DNA from: Antedon mediterranea
Taxonomy: Eukaryota; Animalia; Echinodermata
NCBI RefSeq assembly: GCF_964355755.1
Contig: NC_092673.1
Span: 13,488,948-13,552,947 of the forward strand
Reading direction: 5' to 3'
Length of the DNA: 64,000 bases
Shown: piece after piece, positions 1 to 14,300 of the stretch
How the letters are laid out: each line of letters begins with the position of its first letter
Numbering within the stretch: position 1 is the stretch's first letter
Made by a program: the position numbers and the translations under genes
The notes under the pieces: model-generated
Told to the model about the DNA's origin: nothing
What the model saw: only the letters and a program-made list of their open reading frames with translations
Databases searched by the model: none

Positions 1-292
1 GGGTATGAAGAAAGGCCGCTAATAACCAGTACACACAGTACACGCAACCAAAGAGGCACGAAAATATCGAAACGCGCAATTAATTTCACATTCCATATAA
101 TAAAACCGTGCGTCACCACCTCCTCCTGCAATCCTCCGACGATCTTCTCTCACGAGCGGATAGGTCGACGATCGCATCACTGTCTCCGTGTTCGTGATAT
201 ACTTTTTGTGAATAACATTTCGTTGTATTCAAACGTTAAGAGCGCTCTACTCCATGTTAATTTTATTTTAAAAAGACATGGCTGATAAATTT

Positions 293-338
293 TAGGGGGT
301 GCTAAAGCCTGTTTAGCCCCCGACTAAATCCGCGCCTG
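293..338. mobile_element. Probable terminus of a hAT-like DNA transposon; the other end lies outside the window
   Basis: GC-rich end ...GGGGGTGCTAAAGCCTGTTTAGCCCCCGACTAAATCCGCGCCTG; reverse complement begins CAGGCGCGGATTTAG, the same style as the CAG-terminated TIRs at 6291 and 53536. No partner TIR in the window. Confidence 0.4.
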
Positions 339-509
339 AGTACAGAACAGGAAATGCAAACATTACATGCAAAATGTGAAAGCAGAACCTTGCTTTGTCT
401 TGATAAGGACTACTTTGTAGAGCAAGGGGAGGTGGAGGAGTTAGCCAAGGAGATTTCACAATAATAATTTAAAATATTTTATAAACTATTAATTTGTATG
501 CATAGGTTT

Positions 510-671
510 CAGTACCAAGTACTGAACTCGTCCGAGCTTTTGGGGCATAATCATTGTGGCCAAATTTGGTGAGAATCGGATATAAACTGTGGCCTCCAGG
601 CTGTTCACAGACACACACACAGACACACAAACATACAGGGGTGAAAACATAACCTCCTTGGCGGAGGTAAT
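510..671 (+). mobile_element. Helentron-associated/DINE-1-like non-autonomous element, end fragment
   Basis: (ACAG/ACAC)n microsatellite at 606-636 followed by a terminal hairpin ACCTCC-TTGGC-GGAGGT (652-668), the layout known for HINE/DINE-1 ends. Confidence 0.5.
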
Positions 672-1892
672 AATATACTCACCGATGAATCATTTGTCAC
701 AATCTGTAGACCCTCTTGACTCGGTTGAGTTTCTGTGTGGGGTACAGCCGTCGGTACAACATTCAATAGATGGTTTGTACATTTCATTGATAATTGTAAG
801 CATGAAATGTTCAGCTAAAAATACAGTGATTCTGGTAGCAATATGATAGGTTGTTGATCGTCTGGGGGTTGATTAATCTCGAACCAATAAAAACGGCGGA
901 GTAATCCTGCATATTTGGGTTCTTTGTTATGTTCAGTAAGTTGTTGTGGTATGTTCTCATTTTTAGCAATGACGACCCATTTCTTCATGTGTTTTGACGG
1001 TGAACTGGTCGCCGGATGCTAACCTCCACAATGTTGATCTGTTCGATCAGTTGGTTAAAGATTTCGAAGTGCAATCGTCAGAGACAATGACAGTTTGTTC
1101 CAACGACATCGCATAAATAATCCTCGTCAAAGTCATTTGTGCCGTTAAAACAAACACCCATCATACCGCGTTGTAGTTGCGGTGACAATAGGACATGATG
1201 AGCATCATACACATTAATTTATGAGAATCTTCTAAATGTCCCTTAAAATTGTCTATAGGCTACACAACAAAAACATCTAGTGGCTGGAAAGGAGACCAGT
1301 CGGCGTCATAACGCATCGTAGCAACTGAAGAAGTCAAGCTGACAGCTAGACGAAACTGTCAGTTTTATTGGTTTACTATCAAAGAACTACTTATATCATA
1401 ATAAAAGTAATGATTTATCATGCTTATTTTGCAGTATTACAGGCTTTAGGAGAGCGCACAAAATAAAAAAGATGACATGCTACGTAATTATTTTAATTAG
1501 CACAAACATTTTTAAGAAAGCATCATTAATAGAATAGCACACCTTATGTACCACCTGTAATTGTGATAAGCATAAATTGGTAATATTTTTTACTTTTTTT
1601 ACACTATCACAAATGTGCTGTAAATGTATTTCAATTTCATTTTTCAATAATTTTAGAAGAAAAATGTGATGTTGATTATATTGACAACATGTCATGTAAT
1701 CAAATAAAAATAGAACAGTAGGTGAATCATTTATTGTATTTTTAATTAATTAATTACGGATCTTGTGAATAAGGTAGTGGTGTCTGAGAAAAGGGCACCG
1801 GAGACAACTCAGTAGGGTCAAATAACAACAATAATAAAGACATTTCATTTATATCTGTATTTATTTATAATCAAAATTTCAATATCTTTCAG

Positions 1893-3330
1893 GTTAAACC
1901 TACTTACATGGCATAATGGTGGTATTCCACAAGATGAATTGTTGATTAAAGTGGGTAGCGGTAATTTTAAACAAATGTTGCAATTATGTAATGTTGAACA
2001 CCACAACATGACAACACAGTGCTTCGAGGCCTATGACTCAAGTTTCAATTTAAGAACAGGCCTACAAAACTTGCCCATGATCATGTAAGTTTTAAGTACT
2101 AGCTTTTATTTAAATTTTATAGATAATTTCATATTATATAAATATATAATGATATATACAGTGGAACCGTAATCACGCAGCCATAACATCGGCAGGGGTA
2201 CGAGTCTCACTCACTCCATGGTTCTGGTGGTAGAACGAGTCTTCTCGGATAAGGACTATAAACCGTAGGTCCAGTGTACACAACTTGCTCGTGTGCACTT
2301 TAAAGAACCTAGTACATCTTTCGAGACGAGTAGGGGGTTACCCGGTGTATTAGTACATCACAGCCACTGATCACCAACTGGGCCCTCTGGGAGATCAGTC
2401 TTTGACTGAAGAGGTCACCCAGTATAAAGATAAAACAAATAAATAAATAATATTACAGCTAATGCCTAGAATGTGCTAACAGCAGATTGACCAGGCCATT
2501 ATCTCAAACCATCAAATACAGAATGTGCAGTCAATTGAAATCATCCCAGGGCCAATGAATTGGCAGATACAGTCTCTTCTCTAACAGACTATTTTAATAT
2601 AAATAAATCTTGCTATTAATTCATAGAAAATACAGTTTTTAGAAGTGGATATCCCATTACTACAGTATTACAATATTTCCAAGGGGCCAATTGTTGGGAA
2701 GCTTGACAGATTATTAAAAGATATCCGAGTCCATAGACAAGCCTATCATGGTAAAGCCTTTGTAGGAAATCAAGTCCATAAATGCTGCAAGGTAAATAAA
2801 TAAAGACTTTAATTGTTTTCGGCAATATTTTTAATCAACTGAATTTATGAAATGTATAGTAACCAAAATTTATTTTTTATTATTTTCAGCCTTAAAACAT
2901 TCAATATATAATGAGAAACCTTAAAAAACTGCCATCTCACTTTGTCCTGAAATGGAATTGCCCATCACTGAAACAACAGAGAAATATGAAAAGCTGCTGG
3001 CCTTGTTTTCTTACTGTTAAAAAAAAAGTAATAATTCTTAACTGAACATTGTTAATATTTATAAAAGCAAAAGTGTTTTTTTTTTGTCTCGACAGAATGA
3101 GTATATGAAATATTTATAGATTAAATTTCAATGATACGGAGGCTCCAAAAATGCATCTTTTATAACGACATGTATGCCCTTGGATCCGTAGATGGGGTTT
3201 TGGGATAGGATGTCATGGGGAACAGGGGAAGAATCAATGCATGCGCAGTTGAATGTATTGAAGAGAAATGTACAAGGTCTCGATGACGACTTGAATATAT
3301 TAAGCAGTGCCTGCAGGAACACTGGCTTAA
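1893..3330 (+). pseudogene. Degraded, intron-containing RAG1/Transib/Chapaev-type DDE transposase
   Basis: AG/GT-bounded pieces translate as LTWHNGGIPQDELLIKVGSGNFKQMLQLCNV (1893-2084), GPIVGKLDRLLKDIRVHRQAYHGKAFVGNQVHKCCK (to 2791) and PKMHLL*RHVCPWIRRWGFGIGCHGEQG/EESMHAQLNVLKR (about 3141-3265). These resemble the FxGN and H..H...G...EQG.ES motifs of the RAG1/Transib core. Stops and frameshifts present. Confidence 0.65.
2165..2450 (+). mobile_element. Deu/Nin-domain SINE, inserted in an intron of the RAG1-like relic
   Basis: TTCTCGGATAAGGACTATAAACCGTAGGTCC...GCACTTTAAAGAACC...GAGTAGGGGGTTACCCGGTGT resembles the conserved Deu/Nin central domain. B-box-like GGTACGAGTC near 2197; (TAAA)n tail at 2436-2450. 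Confidence 0.65.
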
Positions 3331-4199
3331 AACGTCACCAAGCATGCAGGCAGCAAAGCCATAATTTTTCTATTCCATCAGTTGAATAGTAATCTAAAAC
3401 CAAATTGATGGCTGTGAAATATTAAATTGCTGAAAATTCTATTAATAATGGAATGATCCGAATGACCTACCAACCAATCATTTGATGATCTGACACCCGT
3501 TTTCGAGGACAACTGTAATATTTTCCCTTATTTGCATATTTTATTTACATTGCACTACTAATTTGCCTACTTTCAAGGTGTGTAAAGGGTGTGATTTTGG
3601 GAATTACAAAGTGGTCATATGCTGGCTATTAGGAACCTATGCCTGGGTCATTTGAGGGCAGACATTTTAGTCACATTGTGTATGCAAACATTGAGAAATG
3701 GGGTTGAAGGTCAAATGTTGTATTTCCGGTCATTTTTTCAGAAAATGTTTCATTAGAGTAAATATAAATAAATCAGTGAAAAAATCAACTCTCCCAGACC
3801 AGTAGTTTTTGAGATATGGTTGTTTTACCCTAAGTTGCATATTTAAGCTAATTTGCATATCATTGGGATACGATTTTAGATAGATTGGCTGCAATTACCG
3901 GTAATAACGATGAACAGCAAACGTAGGCCGACGTTCACTAAAACCAAGAAAATAAGCCTTGTATAGAAGCTTTCTCCTTCAAAAAAGGCATTTTGAACTG
4001 CAAATTGTCATCCAGAGTTACGCTGCATTCCAAGGTGAAGAGTGTAAATGCAGTAAATGGGAAGGTGAACGAGTGGACGAGATTTTTAAAAATGGGAAAA
4101 TCTATTAGCAAATGCCAAAAAAGATCTTAAATCCTCCCAAAATGTAGCGAGATGGTTTTTAATGTATACGGTGGAGAAGACTCCAGTTTGTTTGCTGGA

Positions 4200-4810
4200 G
4201 TTGAAAGTTAGGCCTAGGCATATTCATAAGCCTAGGTCCTAGGACCTCAGAATTATAAGGAACATGTACTGGAATCAACTGGCAGCTGTTCGGGTGGATG
4301 GAGAATTAGGAGAATGAACTCAAATTAAAAGAGGTGTTAAACAAGGTTGTGTCTTTTCTCCAGATTTATATAACCTATATAGCAAGATGATTTTGAGGAA
4401 GGTTTACTGGGCATCATAATAGGAGGAGCAAATATAAACAATCTAAGGTATGCAGAATGTATGGTATTTTCCAAGTGCCAAGAACCACCTACATCCATTT
4501 TAAAAATCGGGACTGACACCATTTCTCAGGTCACCAAATTCAAATATTTGGGAAGTATTATTACAGCAAATGGTAATTGTGATGAAGAAGTGAGATGTCG
4601 TATTGGTATTTGCAAAAACTGCGTTTAGGAAAATGGATAACATTTTATGCAACAGCAGAATTTCAGTCGAGACGCGATTAAGAGTATTGCAATGTTATGT
4701 TCATCCAATCTTAACATATGCATCGGAATACTGAAACATAAAAGTGCACTTATGGAGAAGAATCTGGAAAGCCATAACCGCCAACATTCTTGAAGGACAT
4801 GGTACATGAA
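4200..4810 (+). mobile_element. RTE-clade LINE reverse transcriptase fragment (degraded)
   Basis: Translates as LRIIRNMYWNQLAAVRVDGELGE*TQIKRGVKQGCVFSPDLYNLYS...GIIIGGANINNLRYA...QVTKFKYLGSIITANGNCDEEVRCRIG. Confidence 0.8.
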
Positions 4811-5362
4811 GAAGAAGACAAATACCAATCTTTTGTGGCAGCAGACAGTATTAGCTCAAAAGAAAGTGGAGAAAATTGAATTAAATAAAGAGGTCAATTA
4901 CTATAAAGTTGCAACACAAAAGTGTGAATTTTTAAGAATAATTAGTCACAGCGGTTTCTGATCATTATTAAATTTCTAAGAAATAGCGCACCCTCAATTT
5001 TCTTTTACCGCCCTTTGAAAACAGATGTCGCGAGCTCGCAAACTTCGAATTCACTTCTTCTACTTTTGCCGAAGGTCTGTGAGGTCCATTGTTGTAGAAC
5101 CATGTTTTTACACACATTTAATTGGAGTCACAAAATGTGTTTCATGAAGATGGTTTGAAATAAATTAATAAACAAAACAAGGTAATGTAAAAACTAATAA
5201 ACGGAATTTGAAACACGTTTTTTAGCCGATTTTGTGAGACTATCAACTGAAATAAATATTGAATACGCGATTTAACAGCCGATTAAAATAGGCCTTTTTG
5301 AACTGCCCTAAAACAAATCAATGTACAGTAGGCGTTGGCCTATATAATACAGTGTATTATTA

Positions 5363-8300
5363 AATGTATACGTATGTATTTGTTATATTGTATTGTATTG
5401 TTTAATTTACTATGATAGCGATGTAATAATGTATACGTATGTATTTGTTATATTGTATTGTTTAATTTACTATGATAGCAATGTAATAATGTATACGTAT
5501 GTATTTGTTATATTGTATTGTTTAATTTACTATGATAGCGATGTAATAATGTATACGTATGTATTTGTTATATTGTATTGTTTAATTTACTATGATAGCG
5601 ATGTAATAATGTATACGTATGTATTTGTTATATTGTATTGTTTAATTTACTATGATAGCGATGTAATAATGTATACGTATGTATTTGTTATATTGTATTG
5701 TTTAATTTACTATGATAGCGATGTAATAATGTATACGTATGTATTTGTTATATTGTATTGTTTAATTTACTATGATAGCGATGTAATAATGTATACGTAT
5801 GTATTTGTTATATTGTATTGTTTAATTTACTATGATAGCGAGGTAATAATGTATACGTATGTATTTGTTATATTGTATTGTTTAATTTACTATGATAGAC
5901 AATGTAATAATGTATACGTATGTATTTGTTATATTGTATTGTTTAATTTACTATGATAGCGATGTAATAATGTATACGTATGTATTTGTTATATTGTATT
6001 GTTTAATTTACTATGATAGCGATGTAATAATGTATACGTATGTATTTGTTATATTGTATTGTTTAATTTACTATGATAGCGATGTAATAATGTATACGTA
6101 TGTATTTGTTATATTGTATTGTTTAATTTACTATGATAGCGATGTAATAATGTATACGTATGTATTTGTTATATTGTATTGTTTAATTTACTATGATAGC
6201 GATGTAATAATGTATACGTATGTATTTGTTATATTGTATTGTTTAATTTACTATGATAGCGATGTAATAATGTATACGTATGTATTTGTTCAGGGGCGCA
6301 GCCAGTGGGGGGGTCACGGGGGTCCTGACCCCCCCTTTTTTTTAGAAAAAATAAATAAAAACATGAGACAACAATACAGATCAAATCATCCTGGAGATAC
6401 TGTGGAAGATTACTACCGAGCAGTATTACCAAATCAACTTCTTGATCATTTACAAACCGAGTTAAAAACCCGTTTTTCTGCCGATAACAGGCCATGCTTT
6501 AAAATATTTGGCGTAGCACCCGAGTCTATCGTGAAGTGTAATGTTGAAGAAGTCTTCAAGGAACTTGAATTTGGTACGGTGATCTGCCAAGACACGAACA
6601 TCTTCATTCCGAGCTTCAGTGATGGAAGCGACTGTGTAAAATTAGCGGATCCAGATGTGTTCCCGAATGTGCGTGCAAGTACTTAAGTCTTCTAATCGCG
6701 TAGGCCTATGCCCGTAACGTCTGCTGAAGCTGAGCGGAGTTTTTCGACTTTGTGGAGAACGAAAACCTGTTTGCGAAATCACATGTCTTATGAGCAGCTT
6801 TCGGGATTGTGCCTCATGAACATACACTTTAACATGAACAATAATACAGAGAATGTCATTCGCGAATTCTGTCTCCAAGCCAAGAAGAATGTTCCAAACT
6901 TATGTTTAAAGATGCATCACGCGATGTCTAGAGCGCCGTTATAGTAACTAACGTAAAATGTATGATAATAATTTAGAAGTTAGTTATTACAATTATGTAT
7001 AAGATATCACCTATACTATACATTCGAACAAAATAGGTATATTTTTAAACAAAATATTGTATGTACTGGGTATGATAAGCGTCTCACATACACACGGAGC
7101 CAAGATAGCTTCTTGGACTTGCACAGTGTATGAACTCTAAACTTACGGTTCTCATTTAATATCATCACTCCATGCTATCATTCTAATTTCTTTTTTCAAA
7201 CTTTTGCAACTCTACGTTCATTTCATGCAACTTTTGTATTGGTGAAAAGGGAGGAATTCAAATAATTCTTCCTCTGAGTTTACAGCCTCTCTACACAAAT
7301 CAACAAACAAGCAAGAAAAAAAGTGTTTGTCTGTGGCAGCCTGGAATATAAAAATGTTATGTAATGAAAATGAGAGTTGTTTTTTGTTTTCTTTGTTTCA
7401 GTTTATTAGTGTTAACATTGTCATATTTGTGTGTGTGTAAACCGATTCAAATGATCTAGATGGCGCTAGACCGCCAAAGCTTCCAGGGGGCTTCGCCCCC
7501 TGGACCCCGACCGGGGGCCCTTGGCGGCCCCCTGGCCCCCAGCCCATGGTTGCTCGCTTCGCTCGCAAAATACTCACATATTTGGTTGACCCCCCCTTTA
7601 ATTCTTTGTTGGCTGCGCCCCTGTTGTTATATTGTATTGTTTAATTTACTATGATAGCGATGTAATAATGTATACGTATGTATTTGTTATATTGTATTGT
7701 TTAATTTACTATGATAGCGATGTAATAATGTATACGTATGTATTTGTTATATTGTATTGTTTAATTTACTATGATAGCGATGTAATAATGTATACGTATG
7801 TATTTGTTATATTGTATTGTTTAATTTACTATGATAGACAATGTAATAATGTATACGTATGTATTTGTTATATTGTATTGTTTAATTTACTATGATAGCG
7901 ATGTAATAATGTATACGTATGTATTTGCTATATTGCATTGTTTAATTTACTATGATAGCGATGTAATAATGTATACGTATGTATTTGTTATATTGCATTG
8001 TTTAATTTACTATGATAGCGATGTAATAATGTATACGTATGTATTTGTTATATTGTATTGTTTAATTTACTATGATAGCGATGTAATAATGTATACGTAT
8101 GTATTTGTTATATTGTATTGTTTAATTTACTATGATAGCAATGTAATAATGTATACGTATGTATTTGTTATATTGTATTGTTTAATTTACTATGATAGCG
8201 AGGTAATAATGTATACGTATGTATTTGTTATATTGTATTGTTTAATTTACTATGATAGACAATGTAATAATGTATACGTATGTATTTGTTATATTGTATT

Positions 8301-11300
8301 GTTTAATTTACTATGATAGCGATGTAATAATGTATACGTATGTATTTGTTATATTGTATTGTTTAATTTACTATGATAGACAATGTAATAATGTATACGT
8401 ATGTATTTGTTATATTGTATTGTTTAATTTACTATGATAGCGAGGTAATAATGTAATACGTATGTATTTGTTATATTGTATTGTTTAATTTACTATGATA
8501 GCGATGTAATAATGTAATACGTATGTATTTGTTATATTGTATTGTTTAATTTACTATGATAGCGATGTAATAATGTATACGTATGTATTTGTTATATTGT
8601 ATTGTTTAATTTACTATGATAGCGATGTAATAATGTATACGTATGTATTTGCTATATTGCATTGTTTAATTTACTATGATAGCGATGTAATAATGTATAC
8701 GTATGTATTTGCTATATTGCATTGTTTAATTTACTATGATAGCGATGTAATAATGTATACGTATGTATTTGTTATATTGTATTGTTTAATTTACTATGAT
8801 AGCGATGTAATAATGTATACGTATGTATTTGTTATATTGTATTGTTTAATTTACTATGATAGCGATGTAATAATGTATACGTATGTATTTGTTATATTGT
8901 ATTGTTTAATTTACTATGATAGCGATGTAATAATGTATATGTATGTATTTGTTATATTGTATTGTTTAATTTACTATGATAGACAATGTAATAATGTATA
9001 CGTATGTATTTGTTATATTGTATTGTTTAATTTACTATGATAGCGATGTAATAATGTATACGTATGTATTTGCTATATTGCATTGTTTAATTTACTATGA
9101 TAGCGATGTAATAATGTATACGTATGTATTTGCTATATTGCATTGTTTAATTTACTATGATAGCGATGTAATAATGTATACGTATGTATTTGTTATATTG
9201 TATTGTTTAATTTACTATGATAGCGATGTAATAATGTATACGTATGTATTTGTTATATTGTATTGTTTAATTTACTATGATAGCGAGGTAATAATGTATA
9301 CGTATGTATTTGTTATATTGTATTGTTTAATTTACTATGATAGCGATGTAATAATGTATACGTATGTATTTGTTATATTGTATTGTTTAATTTACTATGA
9401 TAGCGATGTAATAATGTATACGTATGTATTTGTTATATTGTATTGTTTAATTTACTATGATAACGAGGTAATAATGTATACGTATGTATTTGTTATATTG
9501 TATTGTTTAATTTACTATGATAGCGATGTAATAATGTATACGTATGTATTTGTTATATTGTATTGTTTAATTTACTATGATAGACAATGTAATAATGTAT
9601 ACGTATGTATTTGTTATATTGTATTGTTTAATTTACTATGATAACGAGGTAATAATGTATATGTATGTATTTGTTATATTGTATTGTTTAATTTACTATG
9701 ATAGCGATGTAATAATGTATACGTATGTATTTGTTATATTGTATTGTTTAATTTACTATGATAGCGATGTAATAATGTATACGTATGTATTTGTTATATT
9801 GTATTGTTTAATTTACTATGATAGCGAGGTAATAATGTATACGTATGTATTTGTTATATTGTATTGTTTAATTTACTATGATAGCGATGTAATAATGTAT
9901 ACGTATGTATTTGTTATATTGTATTGTTTAATTTACTATGATAGCGATGTAATAATGTATACGTATGTATTTGTTATATTGTATTGTTTAATTTACTATG
10001 ATAGCGATGTAATAATGTATACGTATGTATTTGTTATATTGTATTGTTTAATTTACTATGATAGCGAGGTAATAATGTAATACGTATGTATTTGTTATAT
10101 TGTATTGTTTAATTTACTATGATAGCGATGTAATAATGTATACGTATGTATTTGTTATATTGTATTGTTTAATTTACTATGATAGCGATGTAATAATGTA
10201 TACGTATGTATTTGTTATATTGTATTGTTTAATTTACTATGATAACGAGGTAATAATGTATACGTATGTATTTGTTATATTGTATTGTTTAATTTACTAT
10301 GATAGCGATGTAATAATGTATACGTATGTATTTGTTATATTGTATTGTTTAATTTACTATGATAGCGAGGTAATAATGTATACGTATGTATTTGCTATAT
10401 TGCATTGTTTAATTTACTATGATAGCGATGTAATAATGTATACGTATGTATTTGTTATATTGTATTGTTTAATTTACTATGATAGACAATGTAATAATGT
10501 ATACGTATGTATTTGTTATATTGTATTGTTTAATTTACTATGATAGCGATGTAATAATGTATACGTATGTATTTGTTATATTGTATTGTTTAATTTACTA
10601 TGATAGCGATGTAATAATGTATACGTATGTATTTGCTATATTGCATTGTTTAATTTACTATGATAGCGATGTAATAATGTATACGTATGTATTTGTTATA
10701 TTGTATTGTTTAATTTACTATGATAGCGATGTAATAATGTATACGTATGTATTTGTTATATTGTATTGTTTAATTTACTATGATAGCGATGTAATAATGT
10801 ATACGTATGTATTTGTTATATTGCATTGTTTAATTTACTATGATAGCGATGTAATAATGTATACGTATGTATTTGTTATATTGTATTGTTTAATTTACTA
10901 TGATAGCGATGTAATAATGTATACGTATGTATTTGTTATATTGTATTGTTTAATTTACTATGATAGCGATGTAATAATGTATACGTATGTATTTGTTATA
11001 TTGTATTGTTTAATTTACTATGATAGCGATGTAATAATGTATACGTATGTATTTGTTATATTGTATTGTTTAATTTACTATGATAGCGATGTAATAATGT
11101 ATACGTATGTATTTGTTATATTGTATTGTTTAATTTACTATGATAGCGATGTAATAATGTATACGTATGTATTTGTTATATTGTATTGTTTAATTTACTA
11201 TGATAGCGATGTAATAATGTATACGTATGTATTTGTTATATTGTATTGTTTAATTTACTATGATAACGAGGTAATAATGTATACGTATGTATTTGTTATA

Positions 11301-14300
11301 TTGTATTGTTTAATTTACTATGATAGCGATGTAATAATGTAATACGTATGTATTTGTTATATTGTATTGTTTAATTTACTATGATAGCGATGTAATAATG
11401 TATACGTATGTATTTGTTATATTGTATTGTTTAATTTACTATGATAGCGATGTAATAATGTATACGTATGTATTTGTTATATTGTATTGTTTAATTTACT
11501 ATGATAGCGATGTAATAATGTATACGTATGTATTTGTTATATTGTATTGTTTAATTTACTATGATAGCGATGTAATAATGTAATACGTATGTATTTGTTA
11601 TATTGTATTGTTTAATTTACTATGATAGCGATGTAATAATGTATACGTATGTATTTGCTATATTGCATTGTTTAATTTACTATGATAGCGATGTAATAAT
11701 GTATACGTATGTATTTGTTATATTGTATTGTTTAATTTACTATGATAGCGATGTAATAATGTATACGTATGTATTTGTTATATTGTATTGTTTAATTTAC
11801 TATGATAGCGATGTAATAATGTATACGTATGTATTTGTTATATTGTATTGTTTAATTTACTATGATAGCGATGTAATAATGTAATACGTATGTATTTGTT
11901 ATATTGTATTGTTTAATTTACTATGATAGCGATGTAATAATGTATACGTATGTATTTGTTATATTGTATTGTTTAATTTACTATGATAGCGATGTAATAA
12001 TGTATACGTATGTATTTGTTATATTGTATTGTTTAATTTACTATGATAGCGATGTAATAATGTATACGTATGTATTTGTTATATTGTATTGTTTAATTTA
12101 CTATGATAGCGATGTAATAATGTATACGTATGTATTTGTTATATTGTATTGTTTAATTTACTATGATAGCGATGTAATAATGTATACGTATGTATTTGTT
12201 ATATTGTATTGTTTAATTTACTATGATAGCGATGTAATAATGTATACGTATGTATTTGTTATATTGTATTGTTTAATTTACTATGATAGCGATGTAATAA
12301 TGTATACGTATGTATTTGTTATATTGTATTGTTTAATTTACTATGATAGCGATGTAATAATGTATACGTATGTATTTGTTATATTGTATTGTTTAATTTA
12401 CTATGATAGACAATGTAATAATGTATACGTATGTATTTGTTATATTGTATTGTTTAATTTACTATGATAGCGATGTAATAATGTATACGTATGTATTTGC
12501 TATATTGCATTGTTTAATTTACTATGATAGCGATGTAATAATGTATACGTATGTATTTGTTATATTGTATTGTTTAATTTACTATGATAGCGATGTAATA
12601 ATGTATACGTATGTATTTGTTATATTGTATTGTTTAATTTACTATGATAGCGATGTAATAATGTATACGTATGTATTTGTTATATTGTATTGTTTAATTT
12701 ACTATGATAGCGATGTAATAATGTATACGTATGTATTTGTTATATTGTATTGTTTAATTTACTATGATAGCGAGGTAATAATGTAATACGTATGTATTTG
12801 TTATATTGTATTGTTTAATTTACTATGATAGCGATGTAATAATGTATACGTATGTATTTGTTATATTGTATTGTTTAATTTACTATGATAGCGATGTAAT
12901 AATGTATACGTATGTATTTGTTATATTGTATTGTTTAATTTACTATGATAACGAGGTAATAATGTATACGTATGTATTTGTTATATTGTATTGTTTAATT
13001 TACTATGATAGCGATGTAATAATGTATACGTATGTATTTGTTATATTGTATTGTTTAATTTACTATGATAGCGATGTAATAATGTATACGTATGTATTTG
13101 TTATATTGTATTGTTTAATTTACTATGATAGCGATGTAATAATGTATACGTATGTATTTGTTATATTGTATTGTTTAATTTACTATGATAGCGATGTAAT
13201 AATGTAATACGTATGTATTTGTTATATTGTATTGTTTAATTTACTATGATAGCGATGTAATAATGTAATACGTATGTATTTGTTATATTGTATTGTTTAA
13301 TTTACTATGATAGCGATGTAATAATGTATACGTATGTATTTGCTATATTGCATTGTTTAATTTACTATGATAGCGATGTAATAATGTATACGTATGTATT
13401 TGTTATATTGTATTGTTTAATTTACTATGATAGCGATGTAATAATGTAATACGTATGTATTTGTTATATTGTATTGTTTAATTTACTATGATAGCGATGT
13501 AATAATGTATACGTATGTATTTGTTATATTGTATTGTTTAATTTACTATGATAGCGATGTAATAATGTATACGTATGTATTTGTTATATTGTATTGTTTA
13601 ATTTACTATGATAGCGATGTAATAATGTATACGTATGTATTTGTTATATTGTATTGTTTAATTTACTATGATAGCGATGTAATAATGTATACGTATGTAT
13701 TTGTTATATTGTATTGTTTAATTTACTATGATAGCGATGTAATAATGTATACGTATGTATTTGTTATATTGTATTGTTTAATTTACTATGATAGCGATGT
13801 AATAATGTATACGTATGTATTTGTTATATTGTATTGTTTAATTTACTATGATAGCGATGTAATAATGTATACGTATGTATTTGTTATATTGTATTGTTTA
13901 ATTTACTATGATAGCGATGTAATAATGTATACGTATGTATTTGTTATATTGTATTGTTTAATTTACTATGATAGCGATGTAATAATGTATACGTATGTAT
14001 TTGTTATATTGTATTGTTTAATTTACTATGATAGCGATGTAATAATGTATACGTATGTATTTGTTATATTGTATTGTTTAATTTACTATGATAGCAAGGT
14101 AATAATGTAATACGTATGTATTTGTTATATTGTATTGTTTAATTTACTATGATAGCGATGTAATAATGTATACGTATGTATTTGTTATATTGTATTGTTT
14201 AATTTACTATGATAGCGATGTAATAATGTATACGTATGTATTTGTTATATTGTATTGTTTAATTTACTATGATGATAGCGATGTAATAATGTATACGTAT

